This document shows positions 17,694 through 30,516 of a DNA stretch of 64,000 nucleotides, one piece after another. The position numbers were made by a program, and so were the translations under genes. How positions within the stretch are numbered: the first letter of the stretch is position 1; the number at the start of each line of letters is the position of its first letter. The notes beneath the pieces were generated by a model. It saw nothing but the letters and a program-made list of their open reading frames with translations, was not told where the DNA came from and did not search any database. Source of the DNA: Eledone cirrhosa (taxonomy: Eukaryota); the NCBI GenBank assembly GCA_964016885.1, contig OZ024746.1, positions 44,454,001 through 44,518,000 of the forward strand. The letters run 5' to 3'.

Positions 17694-17893
17694 GGGAATT
17701 CCTTTCTTTGTTTCTGTACCTCTCCTTTGTTCTGTCCTACGCCATTTTGTTTCTGTGTGTGTGTTGTGTGCTCAGTCTGCGCATGCGCCACATCCGGGTG
17801 TCTGTGTGTGTTTATGTTCATTTATTTATTTGTTTATTTACATGTTACTGGTTGGTTGTTTGTTCTATGTGTGTGTGTGTTTTCATTTTGTCC

Positions 17894-20800
17894 TTAACTG
17901 TAAGTTGTGATGTTGCTGTTCCACTCATATTTTCTATTTAATTTTGGTTGTAATTCTTTTATGTTTGTTGCCTCTGTAATTTGTCTAAACATTGCGTCTT
18001 TTCTGTGTGTAGATTCTATTTTTATTTCTATGTTCTCTAATTTACCCCTGTGTTCTATCTTAGCATGTTGGTAGAGTACAGATGATTCTTTACTATCTTG
18101 AAGGTCTCGCCAGTGTCATTTATCCGTTCCTCTACACTACGAGCTGTCTCACCTATGTACACTATATTTTTGTCTCTACATTGTCCTTCAGTACATCTTA
18201 TGCTATACACTACATTTCTAGTTTTACAGTTAATATGGGGGCTTATTTTACAGGTTATACATTTCTTATCTATACATGAGGGTCTTTGAAAAGGGTATGT
18301 CTTGCTAATAAGTGTTTTTACAGAGGTACCTGGTCTTTCTACTATCTTAATATTGAGTTTATGTTTATTTAGGGCCCTTCTAAATTTGTAAGCTAGTTCA
18401 CCTCTAGGGGTTGTATCGATGAACATTACACTCTGGTATTTATTGCTATCATACCATGAGTTTATTCTATTCGCCTTGTTCCTAGTTCTTTCTATTCTAT
18501 TCCAAAATTTGCTGCTATACAAGGGGCAGGTCCAATTTGTGTCATTATTTACCATTTTTTCCCATTTGGTTCTGGCTCCTCTATACGCTCTGATTTTATC
18601 TCTCTGATTGTAGCCAGAGAACTGCATACGGTGGATGAAGTGTTGTATGTGTCTCTCTAGTTCTTCGGGGTTGCACATGCGGGACACATTTCTCATCACC
18701 CGTACCAAATCCGCAATCAGTATATTGATTTTGGAATGGTCCGAAACGGCCGAGTTTCGGTGGATCAGATGTTTGGAAGTCATGGGTTTGGCATAATGGG
18801 AATGGAGGATTTGATTTTTGTTGTTAATGGTATCTAACCCGAGCTCTGTGTCTAGTACAGGTAATCGATGGTTGGGGTGTTTACTTGGGTAGTCTATAGT
18901 AACTCTAATGCTCTGGTGGATGGAGTTTGCTATTTGCTGGATGCTTTCCATTGTGTTTTTCTCTAGTTCCTGACTGTTCTCTAGTGGGGGTGTCTTAACT
19001 ACGATGTTTATATCATCAACGTAGCAGGAGTACATTATCAGGGTTAAGGGGTCTTCTAATTGTTCTTTAAGTTTAAGTTTAAGTCTACTGTCCCACCATA
19101 CCATGAATAAGTTAGCTATGTCGCCTGCAATGCTAACACCAATGGCTGCTCCTTCCTCTTGGGCATATGTTTTTCCATTAAATTCCTTAAGGGTTAGTTT
19201 TATGCTGGCCCCTACCGCATGTGCAATCATTTTCTTCAGTTCATCGTGGTTTTCGGGTGTCCGTATGGCTCTGGTCCACCCGTTCCATCTATCTGTGTGG
19301 GTTTTCTTGGCCATTGAGGTAATGGTAGGTGGTCTGCCTCTTGCTGGTTGCTAAGGTCATATGTGTCTAGGTAATTATTACTATAGGTAAGCTTAAGTAG
19401 GAGTCCCAGCTCACTGGTATCAATCCCACGGAACTCAACCTTGCTCTCACTGATCATTTCTACGCATTTCTCCACAGCAAAATCCACGTCAATAGATGGA
19501 TACAGGGACACAACATCCATACTGCCTATTATGCAGTTTGTCAGGTCCCTAGATCGGTTACTCACGCCGATTCTGCTGAGGGGGTCCTCCGTGCTGCCAC
19601 ATACATCTGGGGACATTTCAATGATGGGGCGTATGATCAAGGAGAGGAAGTAGGACAGTCTGTAGTTACTAGCAATGTTAGCTCCACAGACTGGCCGTGT
19701 TGGTGGTCCCGCGACAGGGTCACTGCCCCTTTTATGGTCTTTTCGAAGCGCATAGAACGCCGGCACGTCATTGTTCCAGGCCTGGAAGTTGTTGGCAGTC
19801 CTTTTGTTGGGCTGCATTATATTCGTCCACATCACCATATGGGCATTGAGGGCTTTTTCTCTATCCTCATGCTCCTGTGGTGTTACCTCTCTTGTGTTAG
19901 TGATGTGGGGTTGCATTGCCTGGATGTAGTTTGGCAGGTTGTCAACCGACATTCTGCCAGACTTGTCTGTTGGAAAGCATGCTATCTCTCCATTACGCGA
20001 GCGTTGCATGAGCTTACGTAAGCCATTTGCAGATTTTTCTCCCAGTTGCTGGGCTTCCATTCTATTATGCTTCTTGCTATACTGTTCTATAATATTTCTA
20101 AGGTCGGATCTAGCTATACTAAATTGTGCTTCTGTTTGTCCATCGACCTGCGACGGCAATTGCGTGCGTTTGTTGAATGGTAAAGTCGTGGCGTGGACTC
20201 GTCGCAGGTCGAACGATTTATCGGAGGGATTATAAAACGTAGAGTTCCAGGCTGCTGCTTTATGTGTACTAGTGCTATTATTATTGTTAGTTGTGTTGTT
20301 TCTATTTCTATTTCCACCAACAGCCTCATGGTTGTTTCTATGTCTCTCATAATTACTCCTGTCTCTTTCCACTGGCTCATTGTTGTTATCTACCCTATTT
20401 TGTGTGTCTGTGTGTTCGTATTGGTTATTCTCTTTGTCCTTAGTCTCCCTTCTCTTTTTAATCCTATTACTTTCCCTTATTTCTGTGATTTCTGTGCTAC
20501 TGTCATTACTTGTTTTCTGTGTCTGTGTGTTTGTTAAGATTGTGGTGGTGGTGAGAGGCATTGAATGTGTGTGTGTTGTTGTTGTTGATGTGTGCTGTTG
20601 TTGATGTGTGTTGTTGTTGTCTCCGTGTGTGTTATTGTTGTTGTGTGTGTTGTTATTGTTGTTGTTGTTGGTGTGTGTGTTGTTGTTATTGTTGTTTGTG
20701 TCTGTGTGTCTGTTGTTGTTGGGATGTGGGTTGTATATGTGTGTGCGTATATTGTTGCTTTTGTTTTTGTTTTTGTTTTTGTTTTTGAGGCTCCAGCGTA

Positions 20801-21514
20801 GTTTTGTAAATGATTTTTCTATTTCTGACAGACAACTAATCATATTTACCTTCTTGAATGTCGCAAATTTCGGTGGAAGTTGTAATGCAGATAATTCATC
20901 ATTATCTATCATTGTGTTGCCGTATATATTCGTGTTGTTGTTGTTGTTGAACTCATCTGTTAATGAGGTGTCGGCCATATTTATACCGTCAATTTTGTCG
21001 GGATATCTATTGGTATTCTCTATAGTATCCTGATTTAGCTTTATCTGCTTAAGCCACTTTAGTTTCTTGTTAAAGTGCTTATCACATTCTTGAGTAATGT
21101 ACTGTTCTTCAGGACGTATAAGGCTTATAAATATTAGTTTCTCTCTTGGCGTGGTGATCCTAGCTATTTCTTGTATTAGGTTACGCTTATGTTTTTCTTG
21201 ATGACTTAATTCTCTATAGATCTTCTTTTTTATGTTTAGAATTAATGTTCGTTTTAGCCTATCTGCTTGTTTTTTGGTGAGTTGTAATCTTCTAACGTCG
21301 GTGTTGATGGTGTTGGTGTAAACTCCGGACAAGGCACATTCTTTTATGAAGTGTAGTTGTCGAGATGTTATGGTTTTTCGTAGACAACAGAACATGGTGG
21401 TTTTCAGTATCTTGTTAGCCTGGCTAAGGCTTACGATATTTCGTTTCTGAATTTGTTTAGCAAGATTCTTTATCTGAAATCGTGTGTTGAAACCGATATT
21501 GTTATACTTTGGGA
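17894..21514 (-). pseudogene. PLE family A RT-GIY-YIG ORF with frameshifts near 19350 and 18118
   Basis: ORFs 19236..21623 and 18055..19314 are consecutive parts of one protein; the C-terminus is restored by comparison with ORFs 5100..5777 and 21484..21885. Confidence 0.88.
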
Positions 21515-22085
21515 AATGTATAACCTGTAAAATAAGCCCCCATATTAACTGTAAAACTAGAAATGTAGTGTATAGCATAAGATGTACTGAAGGACAATGT
21601 AGAGACAAAAATATAGTGTACATAAATGAGACAGCTCGTAGTGTAGGGGAACGGATAAATGAACACTGGCGAGACCTTCAAGATAATAAAGAATCATCTG
21701 TACTCTACCAACATGCTAAAATAGAACCCAAGGGTAAATTAGAGAACATAGAAATAAAAATAGAATCTATACACAGAAAAGACGCAATGTTTAGACAAAT
21801 TACAGAGGCAACAAACATAAAAGAATTACAACCAAAGTTAAATAGAAAATATGAGTGGAACAGCAACATCACAACTTACAATTAATGAGAAAATGAAAAC
21901 ACACACACACATAGAACAAACAACCAACCAGTAACATGTAAATAAACAAATAAATAAATGAACATAAACACACACAGACACCCGGATGTGGCGCATGTGC
22001 AGACTGAGCACACAACACACACATAGAATCAAAATGGCGTAGGACAGAACAAAGGAGAGGCACAGAAACAAAGAAAGGAATCCCC

Positions 22086-22130
22086 AGTCACTGAAGAGGT
22101 CACAGAGTGTGTGACGAAAGAATTATGACT
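22086..22130 (+). ncRNA. Minimal type I hammerhead ribozyme, PLE family A
   Basis: AGUCA-CUGAAGA-GGUCACAGAGUGUGUGAC-GAAA-GAAU-UA-UGACU; lies about 130 nt upstream of the ATG at 22261. Confidence 0.85.
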
Positions 22131-22340
22131 ATATATAAACACCTATCTGGTTGTGGAACCAACCAACCAACCAGAAATTTATAAATTTATGAATTTATTA
22201 TAAATTTATTATAATAAATTGAAGTGAAAGCAACTGGTGCGTGTGTTTCTTATTGGCAACATGACCCTCCCAAAGTATAACAATATCGGTTTCAACACAC
22301 GATTTCAGATAAAAAATCTTGCTAAAGAAATTCAGAAACG

Positions 22341-22428
<88 letters not shown>

Positions 22429-22830
22429 AGTAAGTATGTTATGAAACAGTGAGCAAGTTTGAAATTAGAAATTAGAAGCTTTCACCGTATTTTTTTTAAT
22501 AAAGACATTTTATCCTGATTGTTTAGAATCCTCAGAGAAATGGAAAAAGATTGAGTATGAGTATTTCTTTAGTCAAAAATTACGTTCAAACTTGCTCAGT
22601 GTTTCAAAACATACTTACTTGTCATCATACTTGCTAAGAATGTAGCTTCTAATTTGAAATAAAGGAGATGGGTGATGTGTTGGTGTAATGGTAGCACAGT
22701 GGTCTTGATAACCAAAGATGTGGCTCCCATGTACGCCAATACTCATCTTTTTCCATTTCTCTGAGGGTTCTAAACACCACTATCACGCTAAAATTTCTCT
22801 AGTAAAAAAATACGGTGAAAGCATATATAT

Positions 22831-23077
<247 letters not shown>

Positions 23078-24216
23078 TTGAGCGTTAGCAGAAGTGGTAC
23101 AAAACGTTGTTTAGATTCATTTGTATCGAATCACAATTTAAATTCTATTTCATTCAAACTTCTATTTTACTCTTCGAAGGCACATAAAGCAAATATCTGT
23201 AATAGAGTCCGATTATCGCAATCGAAACTGGTTGACTGGAAAAGCCATTAGACCGTCAGAAAAAAGTCGTTGTTGTATTCAGTTATAGCACTTTAAATTT
23301 TGCGTTAATATCCAGTCGTAGTGAACTTTTATTCTTCAGAGGTTCATAATGTATGTTGCTGGTCGTCCACCGTTTCTGACAACGCGTGCTCGACTCAATT
23401 CGGTCAACCGAACTGCCTGCTCATGACATTAACATGGACATGGTTGAGAATACCCCCGAAATGTGTGGCCCTAACGTTATTGTTAAGGGGACAAACTGTT
23501 TGGTATGAATTAGAGATACAGCTCATTCTTGTCAGTTGAAAGAACCGAAGCAATGTGTCACAAGGAATTGATCTCCCAACTTCATGATCAGAGCATAACC
23601 CTCTAGCCGTTTAGATACGTAACCAAGCAAACATGTTCTTCGTAGATCAACAATTGTGATCACTTTGATCCTAGTTTCTCATAACTACATTTAACTCCTG
23701 CACTGTTTCTACACATACGCACATAGTATACTTTAACAGCTTAGTGTGCAATGTAATAAGTGCCAATTAAGTATAGAGTTCGGTTTCTACTGTGCCTTTC
23801 AGATGTAATTGGAAATATAATGGAATATAGGACAGTTCTCTTCACTACAAGAGGTGATCATATATATTTACCATCAGAAAGCAACGCTTTTGAACAATCT
23901 CACATATCTTTTTCTGCAATCCTTTTATAATTGTCTCTACTTTAGGCACAAGGCCAGCAATTACCCGGTGCATCACTGGTACTTTATTTTATCGACCCCG
24001 TATAATATTCAGTTTTTGAAGTATTTAGTAAATGAATCATGTGACAACTAATTTAATGCGAGATTTGTCTAGGAAGTGGTAATTTAATAGTTTCTCCAAT
24101 AATTATTTTTCACACACATAGAACAGCAGCTACATATAACTATTACCTATGTATCTTTAATGGTTCTCTCTCTATCTCTATCTCTCTTTCTCTCTCTCCC
24201 TCTCACTCTCTCTCTA

Positions 24217-24247
<31 letters not shown>

Positions 24248-24534
24248 TTAGATATTTAAACTCGGAGCTTTCCTTGAGTGCTTATTAATATGTGTGACTA
24301 ATCCAAGTTTAAAAAAAAAAAACTGCGATAATATTGCTTATGCTGAACTCCATATTTTCGTTGAGTTTTTTCGGAATGTTTTGACTGGTGTTTCTTGTAA
24401 ACAGATTTTCGTCTCATCCCGGCATCACCACTAGCGTGTGTCCACGTGTGTTTTGTTATTACAATTCTACACGCTGTTCGCTTGCCTGCATTCCCTTCCG
24501 GCATTTTAGCAGTGATTTTTAGTTAATGTGTTGA

Positions 24535-24614
24535 GCACTACTGAAGATCGACGCCAAACGTACCTAACCCCACTGAAAAGTTTCGTGAAATAGTTTTTTA
24601 AGATTATATAGTGC
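24535..24614 (+). ncRNA. Type I hammerhead ribozyme in a non-coding insert of about 600 bp (24250-24868) between microsatellites
   Basis: GCACUA-CUGAAGA-UCGA...UCGU-GAAA-UAGUUU uuu AAGAUUA-UA-UAGUGC, with a perfect 6-bp stem I. Confidence 0.75.
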
Positions 24615-24862
24615 ATTTGTAGTTTTACCCAAATTGACGGTTAAGTATTTCTTCTTGATTTTATTTTTAGTTAAGATTGTACTGCTTTTTTCCCCAACTT
24701 ACACAAAGTCTGAGGATAAAGTTTTTCTACTTGACTTGTTTTGAATTAAGATCGAATTATTTATCCCACATATTACGTTAAAAATGTTTCATCTGGATGT
24801 TATAGTCACTTATATGTCTGAATTATTGTTGGCTTTTTGCTTACATTAATTTCTCTATTTTC

Positions 24863-24904
<42 letters not shown>

Positions 24905-25107
24905 TTAATTATACTATTTATGGTTATGTAAATACAAAAACCTTTTGCAGTTATATATATTTTTATACAAACCCTAAATAGTGGTAGGCAATAATATATT
25001 ACTACCTTATTACCAGTAAGTTAAGTAGCTCAATGTAAAAACATCAGATGATTTACAGAGCAGTTATATGAAATATAAGAATCAAAGAACTGTTCAAAAC
25101 ATTTTTA

Positions 25108-25154
25108 TGCTTACAACTGTTTCCTCCAAACCGAGGTTTGGTTTCTTCGGAGCA
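25108..25154 (-). ncRNA. Hammerhead variant (CCGAAGA core), PLE family B
   Basis: Reverse complement of 29056-29102. Confidence 0.7.
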
Positions 25155-26607
25155 ATTTATTAATGAATGAACACTTATATGACCTCCTTTTCAGCCAAGA
25201 GACATACAGATACATATGCAAATATTGTGGGTCAACATTGATTACTGCATTTAGGGTGGCAGTACACACTTAGAGATTACATTCATATTAAAAGATACAA
25301 TCAAAAATACAGGTTAAAATACAACATGAAAATACATGAAAATAAGCGGTTATATAGTGCAAAGGTTATATGTGTGGCAAGCACGTACGTCTTGTTTATA
25401 TAGTGTGGCAGAGAGTTACGTGTAGTAGAAGCACTTAAGTAGGTAAACAAGAGTGTTAGGTTGGTTGATCTGGTGACAGATTCTTTATATGATTGTTATA
25501 GTCTGTGTGTGATGAGATAATATAAGCATTAGAAATAGTGCAAGCATTAAAAATATTAAAAATATTGGAAATGCGCAGCGAAGGGATGATATGGACTTCA
25601 TGTACTTCGACATTTTCATAGTCTGGGGAGTGTATTTTTCAGATTATATGCCCCTCACATAATCCACGACGATTCGATATTGAGCGTTTGACAATCCAGT
25701 TAGAGAATCGTAGTCTGATGTTCTTTAGTTCAATACAGGAGGATGTTACGTTTCGAGAATCGACATCGAAATACTACCCGGAAGTGTGTGTGTGGCTAAG
25801 GGGAGTTAATGTATGAGGGGAGGTAACTCCGAGGTTTCTATTACTAACTATTGAAATGTGTCTCAAAATAGACCCTAACTTCTATGGTTATGCGCAATTT
25901 CTAAAAAATTTCTAAAATTTAAAGTGTTTTAACTATAGAGTAGTCTATTAAGTTGTGCTGAAGTTGTTCGTATTATTATGGTGATTAACCCCCATCGTAG
26001 AGTGCCACAAATGAATATTATAGACGACGAGCGAGGATTCTAAATGAATGATCTCTGTGGTTGTAGTCTACTCAAAGGACCAGGCGCGGTGATTGCAGAA
26101 TCACTTCAACACACAATGATCTCTGGTAAGTTCTGGGTCATCGCTTGCTACATTGGATGTCGAAAGATAATCATCACCAGGGCCGACCAGAGGTCAATCC
26201 GCAGTCCTCATGACCCCAATATGACCATCAAATCATCCATATATGTACAACCCATACGCCACTTGCAATACATTCATTCCCTGCACTCAGCGTACTGGTC
26301 ATACTACTCATCAGCGTTACTAGATTAATTCGTTTTTCATCTGTCCAACGATGGCACTTCCTCCGCACAACACTAACAAGACAATCAATTCATGCTTAAA
26401 TTACCTATAGAGCGGTGTAGTGCAGTTCAAGTGGGTGGATGTTGTCACACCTAAAGTAGAGGTACAAATGGGTATTCGCCCTGCGAAGGGTTCTAGAGGG
26501 ATGTCGCTGTTTGTGTTATATTAGATCAGTTAGTGTTGGGTATGTGGTATAAGGTGTGCCACTGGTGTTTGATGCTAGAGGTGGTGTTTTGTTCAAGTCC
26601 GACATTG

Positions 26608-28471
26608 CTATATATTGGGATTAAAGTTTTGGAAGGAATGTCTGAAGCGGTGCTGGCAAGTTGCAAACACTTCAGATTTTTTGTTAAGTAGGTTTCGGTT
26701 AGAGAAGATAATATTGTGGGTCTCTAGTATACAGAGGTTACAAAATTTATTAGGTGGTTTGTACGAAGTCGCGCTACCTATCACTTCCCATTTGAGTGTG
26801 TAAGGTTTATTTTTAGTTTTTAGATAGTGTATGTAGCTAGATAGTGAGGTGGAGTTGGCTAGACTGTGCTTTTTGAACGAGTGGATGTGCGAATTATATC
26901 TGATTTTGAAGCAGTTAGAAGTGGAGCCTACATAGGTTTCTGAAGAGTTGCTAGTTGTGACGGTGCATGAGTATATGATATTCTTGGTTAGGCATTTTTT
27001 ATCTAAAGGGCAGGTTCTATTAGTTCTACAGTTACAATTATCCTGTGTGTTAGTCTGCTGCTTATAATGCAGTGCAGAAGTCTGGGTGGTAGCTATAGGA
27101 TTTTGGACATTCGGGTTGTCGACCCCGGTGTTATTTATTATACTAGTGTTATTTCTATTGTTACTGCCGTTATTATGGTCTCTTGCTACAGGGGTATTTA
27201 GAAGGTTTACCTCCTGTTGTGATTTCGTTTGTTGGAAGTAAGAATTAATTTTACTTTTATTGCTGCTAGCTATGTTGTATGCTAAGTTAGGCGTCGTAGA
27301 GTATGAGATTTTAATAGTGTTTTTGTTTAAAAGGTTGGGGTACTTGTGTCCTAGAGGGAAGTTTTTATCTAGTAGTGAGAAGAAAGCCCTAGGTATGTTA
27401 TGTTGGTGGAGACATTTAGGTTGAAAGGAGGGTTGAAAAATGTATTATTTCTTCTTCTATTTTTGTTTTTAGTGTCTAGTGTGTTGTTTCTTCCTAAGGC
27501 ACTACGGTAGTTTCCGTGGTAATGGTTACTTCCGGTGGCACCCTCCGCTTTGGTGTACTTGTGGTTGCTATTCCTATTATTAGGTTTCCTCATGGACATG
27601 TGCGAGATGATGTTGTAGCTATGCGTTTTCTTAGGTAGGAACACAATTTCTATATTATGGCCGGATCTAGTTAATGCTTGATTATAATATTGTGAGTTTT
27701 TGCTAAATATGTTTGCGTCATAGGAAAGATTAGAGATTCTATTGGATACCCCCTTAGAGATAGAGTTTAATATTGATCTAGGGTGATTAGACTTGGTATC
27801 TACGTAAATGAGTTTTTCGTTAGGCTTATGGAAAGGTGTATATATTTTTGAGTCTAGGTATAGTGTGGCGTCTAGGAAGTTAACATTTTTAGTGTTTTTG
27901 TCCATGGTGATACTAAGGTTAAAGTTTTTGAATGTCTTGTGCAATAGTTTTCTAGTTCTTTCTATATTAAATTTTTTATATTCTATAAGTAGAAGTGCAT
28001 CATCGCGGTACAAACCACCGTTGAGGTAAGGGAGGTCCTTATGGATTTCATCAAGAAGGTATAGGCCGACCAAATCAGTGACCTGCGCCGAGTCACTAGA
28101 TCCCATGGTTATGTCGAAGTTGTTGTGCGTATCCTTGCGTGTCCATAGTTGGTCCTCGAAGGTGATTATGGTTTTACGGGCCGCAAGGATGACATCAATC
28201 TGGGCTCTAGTTAGGTCGCTATTGTTCATGGCCATGATTAGTGCCTTATTTAATAGGATAGGGGAAATAGAGGTGTAGTATGAATTGATATCAAATGGAA
28301 TACATTTTTTGTCCTTATTATTCTTGATATCTTTGAACCATTCAATAACTTCACCAGTATTTCCCCATTGTTTAAGGTGTATCTTGTGTTTAATTTGTGG
28401 GATGATTTTATCAAAAATTTTCTTGCTGATAATACCAATGTTGGACTTGGAAGGGCAGATAAGTCTTATAA
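26608..28471 (-). pseudogene. Naiad-like RT plus GIY-YIG endonuclease; frameshift near 27400; the EN frame is missed by the ORF track
   Basis: Manual translation of 27400->26608: FFSLLDKNFP..NKNTIKISYSTTPN...CNCRTNRTCPLDKKCLTKNIIYSCTV...YVGSTS..FKIRYNSH...CNLCILE...LLNKKSE...CQH; stop at 26608-26610. Confidence 0.85.
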
Positions 28472-29055
28472 GTATTGAACTAAAGAACATCAGACTACGA
28501 TTCTCTAACTGGATTGTCAATCGCTCAATATCGAATCGTCGTGGATTATGTGAGGGGCATATAATCTGAAAAATACACTCCCCAGACTATGAAAATGTCG
28601 AAGTACATGAAGTCCATATGATCCCTTCGCTGCGCATTTCCAATATTTTTAATATTTTTAATGCTTGCACTATTTCTAATGCTTATATTACCTCTCCACA
28701 CAATAACTATAACAATCATATAAAGAATTTGTCACCAGATCAACCAACCTAACACTCTTGTTTACCTACTTAAGTTCTTCTACTACACGTAACACTCTGC
28801 CACACTATATAAACAAGACGCACGTCTTGCCACACATATAACCTTTGCACTATATAACCGCTTATTTTCATGTTGTATTTTCATGTTGTATTTTAACCTG
28901 TATTTTTTATTGTATCTTTTAATATGAATGTAATCTCTAAGTGTGTACTGCCACTCTAAATGCTGTAATGAATGTTGACCCACAATATTTGCATATGTAT
29001 CTGTATGTGTCTTGGGTGAAAAGGAGGTCATATAAGTGTTCATTCATTAATAAAT

Positions 29056-29102
29056 TGCTCCGAAGAAACCAAACCTCGGTTTGGAGGAAACAGTTGTAAG
29101 CA
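29056..29102 (+). ncRNA. Hammerhead variant (CCGAAGA core), PLE family B
   Basis: UGCU-CCGAAGA-AACCAAAC CUCG GUUUGGAG-GAAA-CAGUUG-UA-AGCA. Confidence 0.7.
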
Positions 29103-29142
29103 TAAACATGTTTTGAACAGTTCTTTGATTCTTATATTTCAT

Positions 29143-29233
<91 letters not shown>

Positions 29234-29356
29234 ATTTGTGTGTGTGTGTGTATGTGTGAGTGTGTGTGTATTTGTATGCGTGTGTGTATCTTTCTATTTA
29301 TCTCTCTCTCTCTCTCTATATATATATATACATGCATACACACACACACACATATG

Positions 29357-29387
<31 letters not shown>

Positions 29388-29430
29388 TAATTCAAAATAT
29401 TAACAAAATAGATATTCTTGTGATCAAGTA

Positions 29431-29497
29431 TATTTTATTATACATATTTCAGAGGTACTGAGTTAACCTCAACAGTACATCCTCATCAAATAAAATA
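29431..29497 (-). ncRNA. Minimal hammerhead (U3 variant) in an insert of about 230 bp within (TA)n
   Basis: RC: UAUUUUAU-UUGAUGA-GGAUGUACUG...CAGUACCUCU-GAAA-UAUGUA-UA-AUAAAAUA. Confidence 0.65.
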
Positions 29498-29612
29498 AGA
29501 TGATGCATGACATACCCTGTCATAGTAGATGGTTAAGATTCAGAATGTTGAGTGCTTCCAATCTATTGTAAAAGTCATTCTTTGATTTATTCATTGAACC
29601 CTGTTTAACTTT

Positions 29613-29760
<148 letters not shown>

Positions 29761-30404
29761 TTTGTGTGTGTGTGTGTTTGTGTGTGTGTATGTGTGTGTA
29801 AATATATAGAACGGGTTCCCATACATATTCCCTTTAACAAATTCATTCACCAAGCATTAGTCACGCTACAAAAGAAGTTCCTTGCTATGGGTACCATATA
29901 GTGGGACTGAACCTGTGACCAGGTGGTTGCGAAGCGAAAATTCTAATCAAACATCCATACTGAAAAAATACAAATAACAATGAAACAAAAATGCTTAGTG
30001 TTAAATGTTACACAACGCTAGTAATTATTATACATATTTAATGCATACCCATGTACTATGTCCGCACTATTTACTTCATCCGAATTCTAATGAAATTTCT
30101 ATAAAGTCTATGTATTTAAACTATTAGCTTTTAGAGTAACAAGAACTTAGTACTTGAATATATAATATACGTGTCATTATGCTTTCAGAAAACACACAAA
30201 TTTCCACCATGATCGATGAGGCTAGACGAATATAAAACAGATTGTTTAAAAACGACAATGTGTTGTTTGATGATCAATTCATTCAACATCAGCGCATTAA
30301 TTATTTTAGGTAAATTCTCAAAATCAATCAATTATACTGATAAATTGATTTGGAAATTAGTTCTGAAATCTTTTTTTTGGAATTTAAAAAACAAAGAGAA
30401 CCAT

Positions 30405-30459
30405 CATTATTACTATAATCAGTATTATTATTATTATTATTATTAGTAGTAGTAGTAGT

Positions 30460-30515
<56 letters not shown>
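30405..30515. repeat. (TTA)n/(TAG)n microsatellite
   Basis: Direct reading. Confidence 0.95.

Positions 30516-30516
<1 letters not shown>

Larger units (their letters stand above)
17516..22346 (-). mobile_element. Near full-length PLE family A (minus strand, 17516-21514) plus inverted 5'-truncated copy (plus strand, 21513-22346), inserted in (TA)n
   Basis: RT motifs TDKSGR, FYALRKDHK, TRPV, SMDVVSLYPSID, QEEGAAIG, YVDD, LPVLD, HYAKPM, then a Cys linker and GIY-YIG; terminal regions are inverted copies, each with a hammerhead. Confidence 0.92.
24901..29150 (-). mobile_element. PLE family B (Naiad-like), 5'-truncated on the minus strand (24901-28471), with an inverted terminal copy (28472-29150), in (TA)n
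   Basis: ORF 27369..28520 has RLICPSKSNIG, QWGNT, FDINSYY, FDITMGS, GLYRDD, NFLDAT, FHKPN, SNHP; 28472-29145 is the reverse complement of about 25068-25738. Confidence 0.88.

Noticed and set aside
22675-22735. tRNA gene
   Set aside because: Only an A-box-like segment; no T-arm/B box or acceptor stem.
26608-28471. Selenoprotein-type Naiad (in-frame UGA plus SECIS)
   Set aside because: The Cys motifs I translated use ordinary TGT/TGC codons and no in-frame TGA was seen.
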